NCBI GenBank assembly: GCA_943788985.1
Contig: CALSSJ010000021.1
Coordinates: 64,001 to 128,000 of the forward strand
DNA length: 64,000 nucleotides
Reading direction: 5' to 3'
Origin: an uncultured Lentisphaerales bacterium
Lineage (GTDB): Bacteria; Verrucomicrobiota; Lentisphaeria; JABSQK01; UBA12247
Shown piece by piece: positions 9,194 through 19,371 of this stretch. Each line of letters starts with the position of its first letter. The first letter of the stretch is position 1. The position numbers and the translations under genes are program-made. The notes under the pieces were generated by a model. The model ran no database searches, was not told the DNA's origin, and saw nothing but the letters and a program-made list of their open reading frames with translations.

Positions 9194-11173
9194 ATGGATG
9201 AACAGAGACTTCTGTTTACACCCTCTCCCAAGAGAAGCCGAGCCGCCTTGGTTCGCGCAGCCCTGTTTTCAGGATTCTTTCTCCTCTGGCTGAGCTCACC
9301 GATTATGAGCCCCGAGGACATCTCTTCCTCCGTAGCACTGTTCATCAGCATAGGCTGTATCCTTGCCGCCGGGGTCATCGTCAGCTCAGTTAAGCGCTGG
9401 CGTGCGTGCCGCGCAACCTACGCAATGAGCGAAACTGCGCTCATCAAAATGGGGCCCGACGGCACTTGGCAGGTGCCATGGTCTGCCGTAATGACCGTGC
9501 GCTGGAGAATCTCTAGCGAAGATATGCGCCTACTCCTTGTCGACCACGATGACGAACCGCTCACCGAAATTCAACTGGCGATCTTCGAAGATGGCGGCGT
9601 TGCCTTCCTGCGGTCCCTCGAACTCCATCTGAGCCGCGTGTTTCAACATGAACTAGCCGGCTACGAAAACGGCAGCAAGCAATGGCAGCTTCCCACGGGG
9701 GCCGAAGTGATCCGTTTCGAAGGCAATCAGGTGACTATTTTCCCGCCGCGAGGGGTAGTGCGCCGCATCCCATTGCATCGAATTCGCTACGTAGAATGGC
9801 AGCCGCAGAACCGGTCCGGTGCACTTGGCGGGCGCCTCATCATCGCCGATGGCGACAACCTGCTCGAACTCCCCCAGACCATTGCCGGCCTGCCCTTTCT
9901 ACTTTTCGCCTTTCGCAAGCACGGGCTTACCACGCTGGTGAATCCCGAGAGTGACAGCAGCAATGAATTGGCTGCTGCCCGCGGACGGCGCGTGGCGCTA
10001 GGCATTCGCGCCATCTGGCTAATGGGCATTGCCGCCATGCTTTGCCTCTCGCTTGTCAGCCTCGCCACCACCACCTACCACGCCGCCAACATCGAAAAAA
10101 CCGGGACCAAGGTCACCGCAGAGGTCACCGGCAGAACCGCCCCCGACCGCCTTCGGCTACGTTGGACCGAAGCTGAGGCGCAGCAGGAGCGTGTCGTCAC
10201 CGTCACCCCAGACGTCTTTCAAGCGCTCACGCTCGGCACCACCACTGAACTCAGCGTCCTGCCAGAGGCCAGCGGCATGTTCTGGATTAAAGGCATGCCG
10301 CCGCTCGTGGACAAAGTAGACTACACAATTCTGGCCACGGTTTCCCTGATCGTCCTGATCCTAGTCTTCTGTGGGATACGGGCACTCGCGCAGCGTCGCC
10401 GCCTGCTCCCGCGAATCACAGACCTCTACGGCCGCTTCCTCGACGGCCTGCCTGCTAATTCCGTCGCCCCTCCCTTGCCGCAAGACAGCGCGGCTGCGGC
10501 TAAGCTGAAACACTGCGCCTGCTGCGATGCCGAAATCCAAGACGCCGACTACTATCTTGCAGACCAACAGCCGTGGTGTGAAAGCTGCCAAGCCAGCAGC
10601 CGCGGAAACAGTTCAGGAAGGAGCCTGGTGCGCAGCATCCTTCTAGCGCTGGCAGCAGGCGGCGCCGTGCTCGTCTTCTGGAGCGTGGCAATCGTCTATG
10701 CTGGCAAGCCGTTTCCCGTGTTTGCAGCATTATTGGGCGTCGCCGTCGGCTGGGGAATCCGCTCCGGCGATCTCACCGCCAAGCGGCGGCCCAGACTCCT
10801 TGCCGCCGCAATCTGCTATTTCCTGATGTCCTGTAGCTTGTTGCCAAATTTGTGGATTGGAGATGACATCCCCACCCACACCGAGATCCTCCGCCAATAC
10901 AACGAAGTCATTGTCCCGAAGAGCGAGGGCCAGATGCACGAGGCGGCCAGCTACGAGGCGCTGAAGGACCAGATCGTCGTCGGCCTAATGGACGGAGAGC
11001 TCAGTCTCTACATAGGCTTCGCCACATCTTCCTTGGTGACCCCACTCTTCTACCCCTTCTGGCTTCTGCAGGCTCCGCTCGCGATGCTCTGCTCATTCAT
11101 TGGCCTATGGCAGGCCTGCCGGATGTCCGAGGCGATGCCGACGGTGGCCTTCTCCGGACCATTTCGTGACTGA
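9194..11173 (+). CDS. Multi-domain hypothetical membrane protein with a Cys-rich segment
   Basis: 659-aa ORF with GGAG RBS; several TM pairs; CACC...WCESC putative Zn site. Confidence 0.7.
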   Translation: MDEQRLLFTPSPKRSRAALVRAALFSGFFLLWLSSPIMSPEDISSSVALFISIGCILAAGVIVSSVKRWRACRATYAMSETALIKMGPDGTWQVPWSAVMTVRWRISSEDMRLLLVDHDDEPLTEIQLAIFEDGGVAFLRSLELHLSRVFQHELAGYENGSKQWQLPTGAEVIRFEGNQVTIFPPRGVVRRIPLHRIRYVEWQPQNRSGALGGRLIIADGDNLLELPQTIAGLPFLLFAFRKHGLTTLVNPESDSSNELAAARGRRVALGIRAIWLMGIAAMLCLSLVSLATTTYHAANIEKTGTKVTAEVTGRTAPDRLRLRWTEAEAQQERVVTVTPDVFQALTLGTTTELSVLPEASGMFWIKGMPPLVDKVDYTILATVSLIVLILVFCGIRALAQRRRLLPRITDLYGRFLDGLPANSVAPPLPQDSAAAAKLKHCACCDAEIQDADYYLADQQPWCESCQASSRGNSSGRSLVRSILLALAAGGAVLVFWSVAIVYAGKPFPVFAALLGVAVGWGIRSGDLTAKRRPRLLAAAICYFLMSCSLLPNLWIGDDIPTHTEILRQYNEVIVPKSEGQMHEAASYEALKDQIVVGLMDGELSLYIGFATSSLVTPLFYPFWLLQAPLAMLCSFIGLWQACRMSEAMPTVAFSGPFRD

Positions 11174-11289
11174 GTGAATGCACGGGCACGGATTGACGAG
11201 ACGCCCATTGCGTCGGCGCACCACCTCGTATCAAGGCCGAGAAAAAATCGGCTAGAGTCGATCCTTTGGACGGCAATCGCACTGGCCTC

Positions 11290-12303
11290 TCAGCCAAGCA
11301 CGCCGCGGAGGACGAGATTATTGAGACGACGCCCGACGTCCGTGAGGCCGTCGAGAACGACCTGGTCGTAACTGCGACCGTCTCGTGTATCAAGACCATG
11401 GCCCGGCTCGAGATCGCGCAGACCTTGCAAAGCCGCGTCTTCGTGATGGAAGACTTCGACAAAAACGTGCTCGAGCTTGCCAGTGGCCGCGGCGGCGTTG
11501 AGGAGGGCTGCGGTCCAGCCATCGTCAGTGCTCAGGCAACCGCGGGTCGTCTTCGCCGAGGCATGGAAGATACCCAACTCGCCTGCTTCGGCGACCTTGG
11601 CGATAAGCGCAGCGTTCTCCGGGATGGTCAGCGCAGAGTCACCACAGTGTGCGGCATCCACGAGGACGCGGAAGAAGGTCTTGCCATAAGCTCGGTTGAT
11701 GGCGCTAACCACATCCCACGCTTTCTGAAGATCCGTGAACGTCTGGAATTCGCCGGCGCGGAGAAACTCAATGTGCCAAGCTTCGACACAGGATCCTTCA
11801 AGGCCGGCCTCGCTGGCAGCCCGGGTGTGGACCTTGACGTTCTGGGCAATGGCGGCCTGATAATCGTCGCCAGTCTTTCGGGTAGCACCAGGGGTCATCC
11901 ACTGCTCAATGGAGGTGGAAGAAACATGGGCCACGCCGTGAGTTTTGGCAGCGGTGAGCCCACCCACAAGCATCTCGACCACAGCATCTTCGTCCGCTGG
12001 GACCATTGGGTCGGCGCCGCCAACCATAAGAATGAAATGGACATCGAGGCCACAGCCACGGAGACCTTCAACCATTTCAGCGACGTCGCCTTCACGGAGC
12101 CCCGGAAAGTAGGGGACCTGCACACAAGTGATTGGCACGCGGCTTTGCGCCACGAGGCCACGCATGTTGGCAACGACGGAGAGTTGCCCAGCGGCATCGC
12201 GGGGGATGCGCCCTCCATCATCAGGCACGAGCCCGCCCACAAATTTGAGGTGAGTGGGAACAACGCCGAGGGCGACGTGCCCCTTGAGAGTAATATCTGC
12301 CAT
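11290..12303 (-). CDS. Sugar-phosphate isomerase/epimerase-like TIM-barrel protein
   Basis: HIEFLR..EF, LVDAAHCG, FHAS...RG, VEVF metal-ligand pattern; AAGGAA RBS before MADITLK. Confidence 0.7.
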   Translation of the reverse strand: MADITLKGHVALGVVPTHLKFVGGLVPDDGGRIPRDAAGQLSVVANMRGLVAQSRVPITCVQVPYFPGLREGDVAEMVEGLRGCGLDVHFILMVGGADPMVPADEDAVVEMLVGGLTAAKTHGVAHVSSTSIEQWMTPGATRKTGDDYQAAIAQNVKVHTRAASEAGLEGSCVEAWHIEFLRAGEFQTFTDLQKAWDVVSAINRAYGKTFFRVLVDAAHCGDSALTIPENAALIAKVAEAGELGIFHASAKTTRGCLSTDDGWTAALLNAAAATGKLEHVFVEVFHHEDAALQGLRDLEPGHGLDTRDGRSYDQVVLDGLTDVGRRLNNLVLRGVLG

Positions 12304-12737
12304 CTTAGAATTCCTTTTTCGTGTCAGGGCAAGCCTGCTCACTGATTTCTGTTCACTGATTACTGAATTATGCCGGACCTGGCTGTTCGCGCTCGGTGCC
12401 AGCGGCGCTGGCCGCCTTCCCTTCTCCAGCAGCCTCGGCGCTGAGCGGGGAATGAGTGCCGCAGAGCGCCGGCAACGACTCTGCGCGGTCGGAAGCCGAA
12501 AGCATAAGAAGAGCGCACAAAACTGCTAGAAAATATACGGCCATGGCGCGCTGGAAATGGGGGGCAGCCTTGAAAGAACCGCTACAATATCCGGCCTCCC
12601 CTCCCTTTGCAAACGGCCGATCTTCCTGTAAAACACGGAATTATCGCGGGCGGCTTTCTACGGAAAAGTCAGGAAAGCCAGTCCCTAACTTATGCGCAGC
12701 GCACCATAGTCTAACCTGCTGCTTGACAACCAGCAGG

Positions 12738-14798
12738 TTAGACGCGGCTTGTGCCCTTCCCACTCGGGCAAGTCTGCTTCCGCCGAAGCTGCAGCACATA
12801 AAGTGCGGAAAATATCACCAGCCCGAAGACGTAGCACCAATAGCGAGACTCATGCGGAATCCGCAACAGCCCGGCACAGAAGTCGGGGCGCAGCGACAGC
12901 ATCGTCACCACCAGCAGAATCGGTATGTCGAACCAACGGTTCGCGCGCGCAAACCACCCCTGTGTGGCTGCCGCAAACGCGCCATTGCCCACGCACGCCA
13001 TCGCAAAGATCAGCAGGCCGATATGCCACTCGTTGATGCCGTGCAGAATCAGGTCTGGGTTCAGGATGAACATGAACGGCAGGATCGCCGTCCGAATGTC
13101 ATACATAAAAGCCTGTAGCCCGGTCGCGATCGGCGGTGCCTTGGCGATCGCCGCTGCCGCATAGGCCGCCAGCCCAACCGGCGGCGTGTCATCTGCCAGA
13201 ATGCCAAAGTAGAAGCAGAAAAGATGTGCCGCCATTACCGGGATCACCAGATTCTGCGCGGCCCCCACATCGACCAGCGCCGGGACGATCAGGCTGGCCA
13301 TCACGATGTAGGTCGCGGTGGTCGGCAGGCCCATGCCGATGATCAGACTCGTGACCGCGGTAATCAGCAGCATCGCGTAGATGTTGCCGCGTGAGAGCTC
13401 TTCCACCAACTGAGAAATCATGTCGCCCGGGCCAAATGCCACCACGCCGACGATGATTCCGGCCGCTGCCGTCGCCAGCCCCACCGAGACCATATTCCGG
13501 GCCCCACTCACCAGCGAGTCGTTCAGCACGCGCAGCGCCTCGACCAGCGCCGTCTTCACTGCCGTGCCTGCCCTCAATGCCTTGAGTACGGGCACGATCA
13601 GCATCATTGCCCCCATCACCACCACTGCGCAAAGAGCCGCAAGCTCGGCAGATCGCTGCTGCACCAGCAATTGATAGATCAGGACCGAAAGCGGAATCAG
13701 AAAGTGCCAACCGCCCAGCAGCGTCTCTTTAAACGACGGCAGCTCTTCCTTTGGGATGCGCCGCAACCCCAGCTTGCAGGCCTCCAAATGCGTGATGTAG
13801 AGCAGTGTGGCATACGAAGCAAACGCCGGGATCGCGGCCGCTTTAACCACAGCCCGGTAGTCCACATTCACATACTCCGCGATCAGAAACGCGGCTGCCC
13901 CCATGATCGGCGGTGCCAACTGCCCGTCGGTACTGGCCGCCACTTCGATCGCCGCGGCCTTCTTGGCCGGATAGCCAGCCTTCTTCATCAATGGGATGGT
14001 GAACGTGCCGGTGGTCACAATGTTAGCGATACTCGAGCCGGAGACCATTCCGGTCAGCCCGCTGCTGACCACTGCCGCCTTGGCAGGCCCACCGCGAAAG
14101 CCGCCCAGTACGCTCATCGCCAGCGAGGTGAAGAATCTTCCGCCACCGGCCTTCTCCAGCATCGCCCCGAAGAGCACGAACAGAAACACGATCTTGGCAG
14201 ATACATCCAGCGGAATCCCGTAGATCCCCTGCGTACTGGCGGTCATTTGGTCCACGAATCGGCCAAGCGAGACGCCCTTGAAGGCCAGCACCGACGGCGC
14301 GTGATGCCCAAAAAACGCATAGGTGATAAAGATCCCGGCCACAACAGTAAGAGCCGGGCCGATGACCCGCCGGCATGCCTCGAGCAACAGCAGCACCACC
14401 ACCGCCCCCACTGCCAGATCCACGTTCGTCAGCGCGCCCTGCCGGGCATTGATTGCATCGTAGCAAAAGGCGTAGTACGAGGCGCAGAAGGCACCAACTG
14501 CGGCCAGCGCAAGGTCAACCACCGGCACCCTATCGTGCGCAGACAGCCAAGCTAATTGGGGCCGAGCCCGCCGCAGCAGCGGGCTACAAAGAAACGCCAG
14601 CGCCATCGCAAACGACAAGTGCACACAGCGCACGATCGTGGAGTCGAGCGTCCCCCACCAAGCCATCGCGCGCGGAGGCGGAATCGCAATGCCAATCTGA
14701 AACAGTGACCAGGCGGCCGCAGTGATCATGACCACATAGCGCGTCCAGTCCTGCGGATGTCGCACTTCGGCTCCGTACTGTTCTTCACGCTCGCTCAT
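12738..14798 (-). CDS. TRAP transporter 4TM/12TM fusion permease (TAXI-type)
   Basis: GIYGIPL, FLFVLFGA.LE, GGPAKAAV, GSSIAN..TTGTFTIPLMK, ASTDGQLAPPIMGAAAF, GMGLPTTATY, DDTPPVGLAA. Confidence 0.93.
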   Translation of the reverse strand: MSEREEQYGAEVRHPQDWTRYVVMITAAAWSLFQIGIAIPPPRAMAWWGTLDSTIVRCVHLSFAMALAFLCSPLLRRARPQLAWLSAHDRVPVVDLALAAVGAFCASYYAFCYDAINARQGALTNVDLAVGAVVVLLLLEACRRVIGPALTVVAGIFITYAFFGHHAPSVLAFKGVSLGRFVDQMTASTQGIYGIPLDVSAKIVFLFVLFGAMLEKAGGGRFFTSLAMSVLGGFRGGPAKAAVVSSGLTGMVSGSSIANIVTTGTFTIPLMKKAGYPAKKAAAIEVAASTDGQLAPPIMGAAAFLIAEYVNVDYRAVVKAAAIPAFASYATLLYITHLEACKLGLRRIPKEELPSFKETLLGGWHFLIPLSVLIYQLLVQQRSAELAALCAVVVMGAMMLIVPVLKALRAGTAVKTALVEALRVLNDSLVSGARNMVSVGLATAAAGIIVGVVAFGPGDMISQLVEELSRGNIYAMLLITAVTSLIIGMGLPTTATYIVMASLIVPALVDVGAAQNLVIPVMAAHLFCFYFGILADDTPPVGLAAYAAAAIAKAPPIATGLQAFMYDIRTAILPFMFILNPDLILHGINEWHIGLLIFAMACVGNGAFAAATQGWFARANRWFDIPILLVVTMLSLRPDFCAGLLRIPHESRYWCYVFGLVIFSALYVLQLRRKQTCPSGKGTSRV

Positions 14799-14907
14799 AT
14801 GCCTTCCAGCTGGATGGAACAAACCGGTATCATACGGCCGTACGCGTTCACGTTCGACCATTCTCTGCGGAATCGCCGTCAGTCACGCGGGATGCTAAGG
14901 TTGCGGA

Positions 14908-15645
14908 ATGAAAATTCACACATTCTCTTTTCAGGTAGACTCCGATTCGGCGACCATCGTGGAAGCCGTGCAGCTGGCCGCAGAAACTGTTGGTGGCAAG
15001 CAAACCCAGGCCGGTGCCGTAGACGCTACCGTCACCGTCAGCTGCGGGGAAGCGCCAGCGATTGCGGACGCCGCAACCGGGATTCAAGTCACCCTCGACC
15101 TCGCTCAAGCAGGTACCGCCGTCGGTACGTTGGTCACCAAGCTCACAGCCTTGAACAAAGAGAGCGTTCATCTGGCGGTCACTGGCGACGTCCCCGCTAA
15201 CGCACGCTTGGTCAAGCGCCTGCATGATCTCCTTACCGATGTCTGTCATCGGTGTCGGCGGCCTGTTCAAGGCAAGGGCAAAGGCCCCCGACGCAAGTCA
15301 AAGGATGGCACCGGCAAGGCCGTGGATCGCCTGTTTCCATTTGTCCGCCGCGCTCGCATCACGCTGGCCGGCCAGGAACGGCTCAAACGAGCAAAAGGCA
15401 GACTGCACTTCCTGATGATTGCAACAGATCTGGCCCCGCGAAGCGCGGACGAGTGCCTTGAGGCGTTCGCCGATTATCCGATTGTGCAGGTCTACAGCGC
15501 GGAGCAGATGCAGGAGTTTTTCGGCATCAAAGGCCTAAAAGTTGCTGGGTTCGCAAAATCGGATCTGGCAACCTCGCTGTATCGGGAGCTAAAAGTGTTT
15601 CGGATCAATGCGCCGGAGCGCTCCGACACTCCGGAAGACGCGTAG
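14908..15645 (+). CDS. Hypothetical protein with a C-terminal L7Ae/L30e-like (YlxQ-like) domain
   Basis: C-term LFPFVRRAR...G.E....LHFLMIATDLAPRS...YPIV...S.EQM..FFG...KV.GF..SDLA resembles the L7Ae pattern. Confidence 0.5.
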   Translation: MKIHTFSFQVDSDSATIVEAVQLAAETVGGKQTQAGAVDATVTVSCGEAPAIADAATGIQVTLDLAQAGTAVGTLVTKLTALNKESVHLAVTGDVPANARLVKRLHDLLTDVCHRCRRPVQGKGKGPRRKSKDGTGKAVDRLFPFVRRARITLAGQERLKRAKGRLHFLMIATDLAPRSADECLEAFADYPIVQVYSAEQMQEFFGIKGLKVAGFAKSDLATSLYRELKVFRINAPERSDTPEDA

Positions 15646-16069
15646 CGAGAGGTACCAGCACTTGGGACCATCAAAACAGATTCCGCTCCCGCTTTGGCTA
15701 TTGCTTAGCGTGTTTGTCACGCACTGCACTGGCAGTTGGCTGCTGCTGACTCTCGTGAGTGATGCGGATACGCAGCCCGCACTGGCTGCAGCCTCGGAAC
15801 TGACGCTGCTCCCGATCTCGCTCGTCTGGCCAAACGCTCTCGCCAGCACACTGTGGTTCACCTTGGCCATCCCGCTGAACGCCCTCCATTGGACTGTACT
15901 GCTCCCCATCAGTTGGCTGTTGCTGGGGACGTATTTGCCACAACCGCAACAAACCGAGAGCAGCGAGGCGGAAGCCACGCAATCGCGGTGTAGATTTGGC
16001 TTGCGCGGCGTAAAAATTACATCGCTCCCCATCCCACAGCTCTTTCTAAATTCATTCGGACATTCATGA
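15608..16069 (+). CDS. Possible small membrane protein (start uncertain)
   Basis: Hydrophobic ORF filling the gap; its stop overlaps the nhaA ATG. Confidence 0.3.
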   Translation: MRRSAPTLRKTRSERYQHLGPSKQIPLPLWLLLSVFVTHCTGSWLLLTLVSDADTQPALAAASELTLLPISLVWPNALASTLWFTLAIPLNALHWTVLLPISWLLLGTYLPQPQQTESSEAEATQSRCRFGLRGVKITSLPIPQLFLNSFGHS

Positions 16070-17430
16070 GCGAAGAGAATCATACCTTTTACGGGCGCGA
16101 GCCCCATCAGACCGACGGCCAAACGTTCATCGACGACATCGCCCGGTTCAGCCACCAAAGCGCCGCCGGCGGCATCCTGCTGATCATCGGTGCCATCGCA
16201 GCCCTCGTCTGGTCCAACTGCTGGCACCACAACTACCAGCATTTTTGGCATACCGAGATCGGCCTGCACTTTGGGCATGGAGAGTTGACCAAGTCTCTAC
16301 AGCACTGGATCAACGACGCGCTCATGGTCATCTTCTTTTTCGTCGTCGGCCTCGAGATCAAACGTGAGGTGATCGCTGGCGAACTAGCCACCATGCGCAA
16401 GGCTGCCTTACCGATCGCAGCCGCAATCGGCGGCATGGTCGTACCCGCCGGTTTCTACGCGCTCGTAAATCTGGGCGGCGACGGCATGCGGGGCTGGGCC
16501 ATCCCGATGGCTACGGACATCGCCTTTTCCCTCGGAATCCTGTCCCTCTTTGGGCGCCGCGTCCCCCTTGCGCTCAAGGTGTTTCTGGCTGCCCTGGCAA
16601 TCGTAGACGACATCGGCGGGATTCTGGTCATTGCCTTTGCCTACACCGGCGACGTCAATTGGACCTATCTGGCGGTCGCAATGGGATGCTTCGCAATCAT
16701 GATCGTGATGAATCTCCGCGGCGTTTGGTCCACTATTCCCTATCTCATCGTTGGAATCGGCGGGGTCTGGTTCTGCTTTCTGCAGTCGGGAATTCATGCC
16801 ACGCTGGCGGGTATTCTCGCCGCCATGACCATCCCTGCCAAGGGAAATATTGAGCGAGCTCATTTCATCGAACGCAGCAAGGAACTACTCGAGCAATTCG
16901 GCAGCGGGGACAGCGAACTATCGCTACTCGAGGATGAGCGGTCCCGCGCACTGGCCACGAAGCTGGAAAAATACTCGAGGCGGATCAATCCACCGGTGAC
17001 TCGCCTGGAGGCAGCCATGGCCGGCTGGGTAAACTGCGCGATTCTGCCGATCTTTGCTCTCGCGAACTGCGGCGTGGCGTTGACCGGCGACTCTGCTGGT
17101 GGGATCATGAGCCCGGTCAGCATGGGAATCATTCTCGGTCTGGTGCTAGGCAAACCCGTCGGCATCCTGCTTGCCACCTATCTGGCGATCAAGACCGGCA
17201 TTGCCGACAAGCCAGCCGGAGTCAGCTGGCAACAGCTAGCGGCCGTTTCCTGCCTGGCAGGAATTGGCTTCACCATGGCGCTATTTCTGACGGCGCTGGC
17301 TTTCGAGGAAGGCACCTTTTCCGAGCAGGGTAAGGTCGCGATCCTGATCGGCTCAGCCGTCGCCGGCATAATCGGCTGCCTGTTGTTGCGCCCGACGCTC
17401 CCTGCCAAGGTCCGGGAGCCACAGGGCTGA
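16066..17430 (+). CDS. nhaA: Na+/H+ antiporter NhaA
   Basis: WINDALM..FFF.VGLEIKRE, GWAIPMATDIAF, LAIVDD, SGIHATLAG, PIFALAN, LAGIGFTMALF. Confidence 0.96.
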   Translation: MSEENHTFYGREPHQTDGQTFIDDIARFSHQSAAGGILLIIGAIAALVWSNCWHHNYQHFWHTEIGLHFGHGELTKSLQHWINDALMVIFFFVVGLEIKREVIAGELATMRKAALPIAAAIGGMVVPAGFYALVNLGGDGMRGWAIPMATDIAFSLGILSLFGRRVPLALKVFLAALAIVDDIGGILVIAFAYTGDVNWTYLAVAMGCFAIMIVMNLRGVWSTIPYLIVGIGGVWFCFLQSGIHATLAGILAAMTIPAKGNIERAHFIERSKELLEQFGSGDSELSLLEDERSRALATKLEKYSRRINPPVTRLEAAMAGWVNCAILPIFALANCGVALTGDSAGGIMSPVSMGIILGLVLGKPVGILLATYLAIKTGIADKPAGVSWQQLAAVSCLAGIGFTMALFLTALAFEEGTFSEQGKVAILIGSAVAGIIGCLLLRPTLPAKVREPQG

Positions 17431-17644
17431 AGGCGCAGCCGCTCGCCAAAAGCCTCGCCCGCTAAAGCGGTGCTTCGACTGCCGTCTCAGCCGAGCTTGC
17501 GAGACGGCAGTCGTAGGGGATCTTTAGGGCGCAGATCTCCCCACAAGTCCAGATTCGCGCGCCCGAAAACGGGGCTACGACAGGGTTCTCGCGCATCAAA
17601 GCAGCAGACCGGGAGAAATAGCGCCCTGCACCGGCCCGCCCCCG

Positions 17645-18217
17645 CTACTTAGCGGCAGCCAGCCAAAAACGGTAATACACGAAGCCGTCGTGGGTCACAG
17701 ATGCGGACTTCGCACAATCGACGATCTCCGTCACATCCGTGGCTGCCCCATCCCACTTTGCACAGTAAAGAATCTTTCCCGCGGGAATCTGTGACTTGTC
17801 CCAGGACAAGGTGACGGGCTTGTCACCTGGTTTGGCAAAGAGCACCCATTGCGGCGTCTCGGGCTGAGGCCCGCGGATGTCCTTATACAGCTGCATCCGT
17901 CGGTCGGGAGAGACGAGGTAGGTGTAGCCAGTGCCGATCCCGGGAGGCGGTGCCATTTCGTCGAACATTGCGGCTAGCCCAGCGCCACGCGGCCGACGAT
18001 CAAAGCCATCCGTTCTGCCCTCGGCACATCCAATAAACAACTCGCGCAAATGCCCGTGCTTGACCTTAATCGCGATTTGAAAGTCAGCGTCCGCTTCTAG
18101 TGCCTTGGGGGCGACAGGATTCTCCAGCGCCGCTAAAGCAGATTTTCTGGCAGCTTCTGGCTCCTCTGCGAACATCGCAAAAGCCACGAGGATGGTCAGG
18201 CAGTACGTCAATTTCAT
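17645..18217 (-). CDS. Secreted hypothetical protein
   Basis: Signal peptide MKLTYCLTILVAFAMFA; G..EG.TDGFD...PPP...LYKDIR...VTLSWD motif; start overlaps the upstream stop. Confidence 0.7.
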   Translation of the reverse strand: MKLTYCLTILVAFAMFAEEPEAARKSALAALENPVAPKALEADADFQIAIKVKHGHLRELFIGCAEGRTDGFDRRPRGAGLAAMFDEMAPPPGIGTGYTYLVSPDRRMQLYKDIRGPQPETPQWVLFAKPGDKPVTLSWDKSQIPAGKILYCAKWDGAATDVTEIVDCAKSASVTHDGFVYYRFWLAAAK

Positions 18218-19362
18218 GGTTTACTTTCCTTCGGTGTTTTCTGTTCCAGCTGATCGCGGGTCAGCAATCGGACCACGCGAAAACCAATAAAGTTGCCATG
18301 GGAGTCCGGCGGCAGCCGATAACGGGTGGCGGACCGGCAGTCCAGCTTGGTGATATACCAGTTTCCACCGCGTATCACGCGATGGAGCTCATGGGTTTCC
18401 TTGGACTCGTAGTCGGCGAAGTTATCAGCGCACCATTCCCAGACATTGCCGTGCATGTTATAAAGGCCCCACGCGTTCGGCCGCAAGGTGCCCACGGGCA
18501 TGGTCTCGGCAGCGTGCTCTTCGAGGTAATTGGCAAAGCGCCACAGCTCTTCGCTGCGGGCGTGAAATGTGGTCTTGGTCCCTGCACGACAGGCATACTC
18601 CCACTCACGCTCCAAGGGCAGGCGATAGGTCCCTTTTGGCTGCCCTTCGAGTTCGGACAAAGCATTGACGAAGGCATTGCAATTGCGCCAGGTGACCTCC
18701 TGTACGGGGCGCTTGGCGCCCTGCTGTTTGGGGTCGGACGGATCGGTGACTGCCTCGGCCATCACCTGCTTCCACTGCTCCTGGGTGACTTCATGGGCGC
18801 TTATATAGAAGTGGCGCGGAATGGGCACCACGTGCTCTGCCTCGTCTACGGCGCGTCCGGCCTCGTTCTCGGGAGAGCCCATGACGTACTGCCCCGCGGG
18901 AATCAGGCGAAAGCGCATGCCTACGGAGTTCACGATCTCGACCGGCAAGCTCGCCTCACGAGAGGCCTCGAGCTGCATCTTCTGGGCAAACTCGCTGCCG
19001 TCTTCAAGATATTCTACCACAGGCATCTGCCCGGTCGCCGATTGCTTGCAGCCGGGGATCTCGACCGGCTGTTCAACCAATGGGGCGGGAGTGCCAGGTG
19101 GAATGGTATCCGCCGAACGCGGCTCGGCGGTATCGTTGGTCAACATCATGCCGATGAAAATGACGGCCGCCACGCCCCATAGCCCAAGCCGAAAATACTT
19201 GCTCAGCGAGGCCGGCGCACCGCCGCTGGCAGCCAAATGCGAGATCTTGCCGGGCCGGTCTTTACGGCGCCGACGGCCAATGCGCCGAGCCTGCGCTGCG
19301 CGTTCCGACTTGGAATGCGTCAGGCGCTTCTCGGGCTTGGACTTTTCCGGCAGCTCCGCCAT
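18214..19362 (-). CDS. FGE-sulfatase/SUMF1-domain protein with an N-terminal TM anchor
   Basis: NSVGMRFRLIPAG.YVMGSP, HEVTQ.QW, YRLP.E.EWEYACRAG, PNAWGLYNMHGNVWEWC, RGGNW, GFRVV. Confidence 0.92.
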   Translation of the reverse strand: MAELPEKSKPEKRLTHSKSERAAQARRIGRRRRKDRPGKISHLAASGGAPASLSKYFRLGLWGVAAVIFIGMMLTNDTAEPRSADTIPPGTPAPLVEQPVEIPGCKQSATGQMPVVEYLEDGSEFAQKMQLEASREASLPVEIVNSVGMRFRLIPAGQYVMGSPENEAGRAVDEAEHVVPIPRHFYISAHEVTQEQWKQVMAEAVTDPSDPKQQGAKRPVQEVTWRNCNAFVNALSELEGQPKGTYRLPLEREWEYACRAGTKTTFHARSEELWRFANYLEEHAAETMPVGTLRPNAWGLYNMHGNVWEWCADNFADYESKETHELHRVIRGGNWYITKLDCRSATRYRLPPDSHGNFIGFRVVRLLTRDQLEQKTPKESKP

Positions 19363-19371
19363 GCGGGACCG

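Noticed and set aside
11266..12345. 359-aa plus-strand ORF
   Set aside because: Antisense shadow of the TIM-barrel gene; no motifs
18214..18340. Diversity-generating retroelement target (C-terminus of the FGE/CLec-fold protein)
   Set aside because: No template repeat copy and no reverse transcriptase seen in the window
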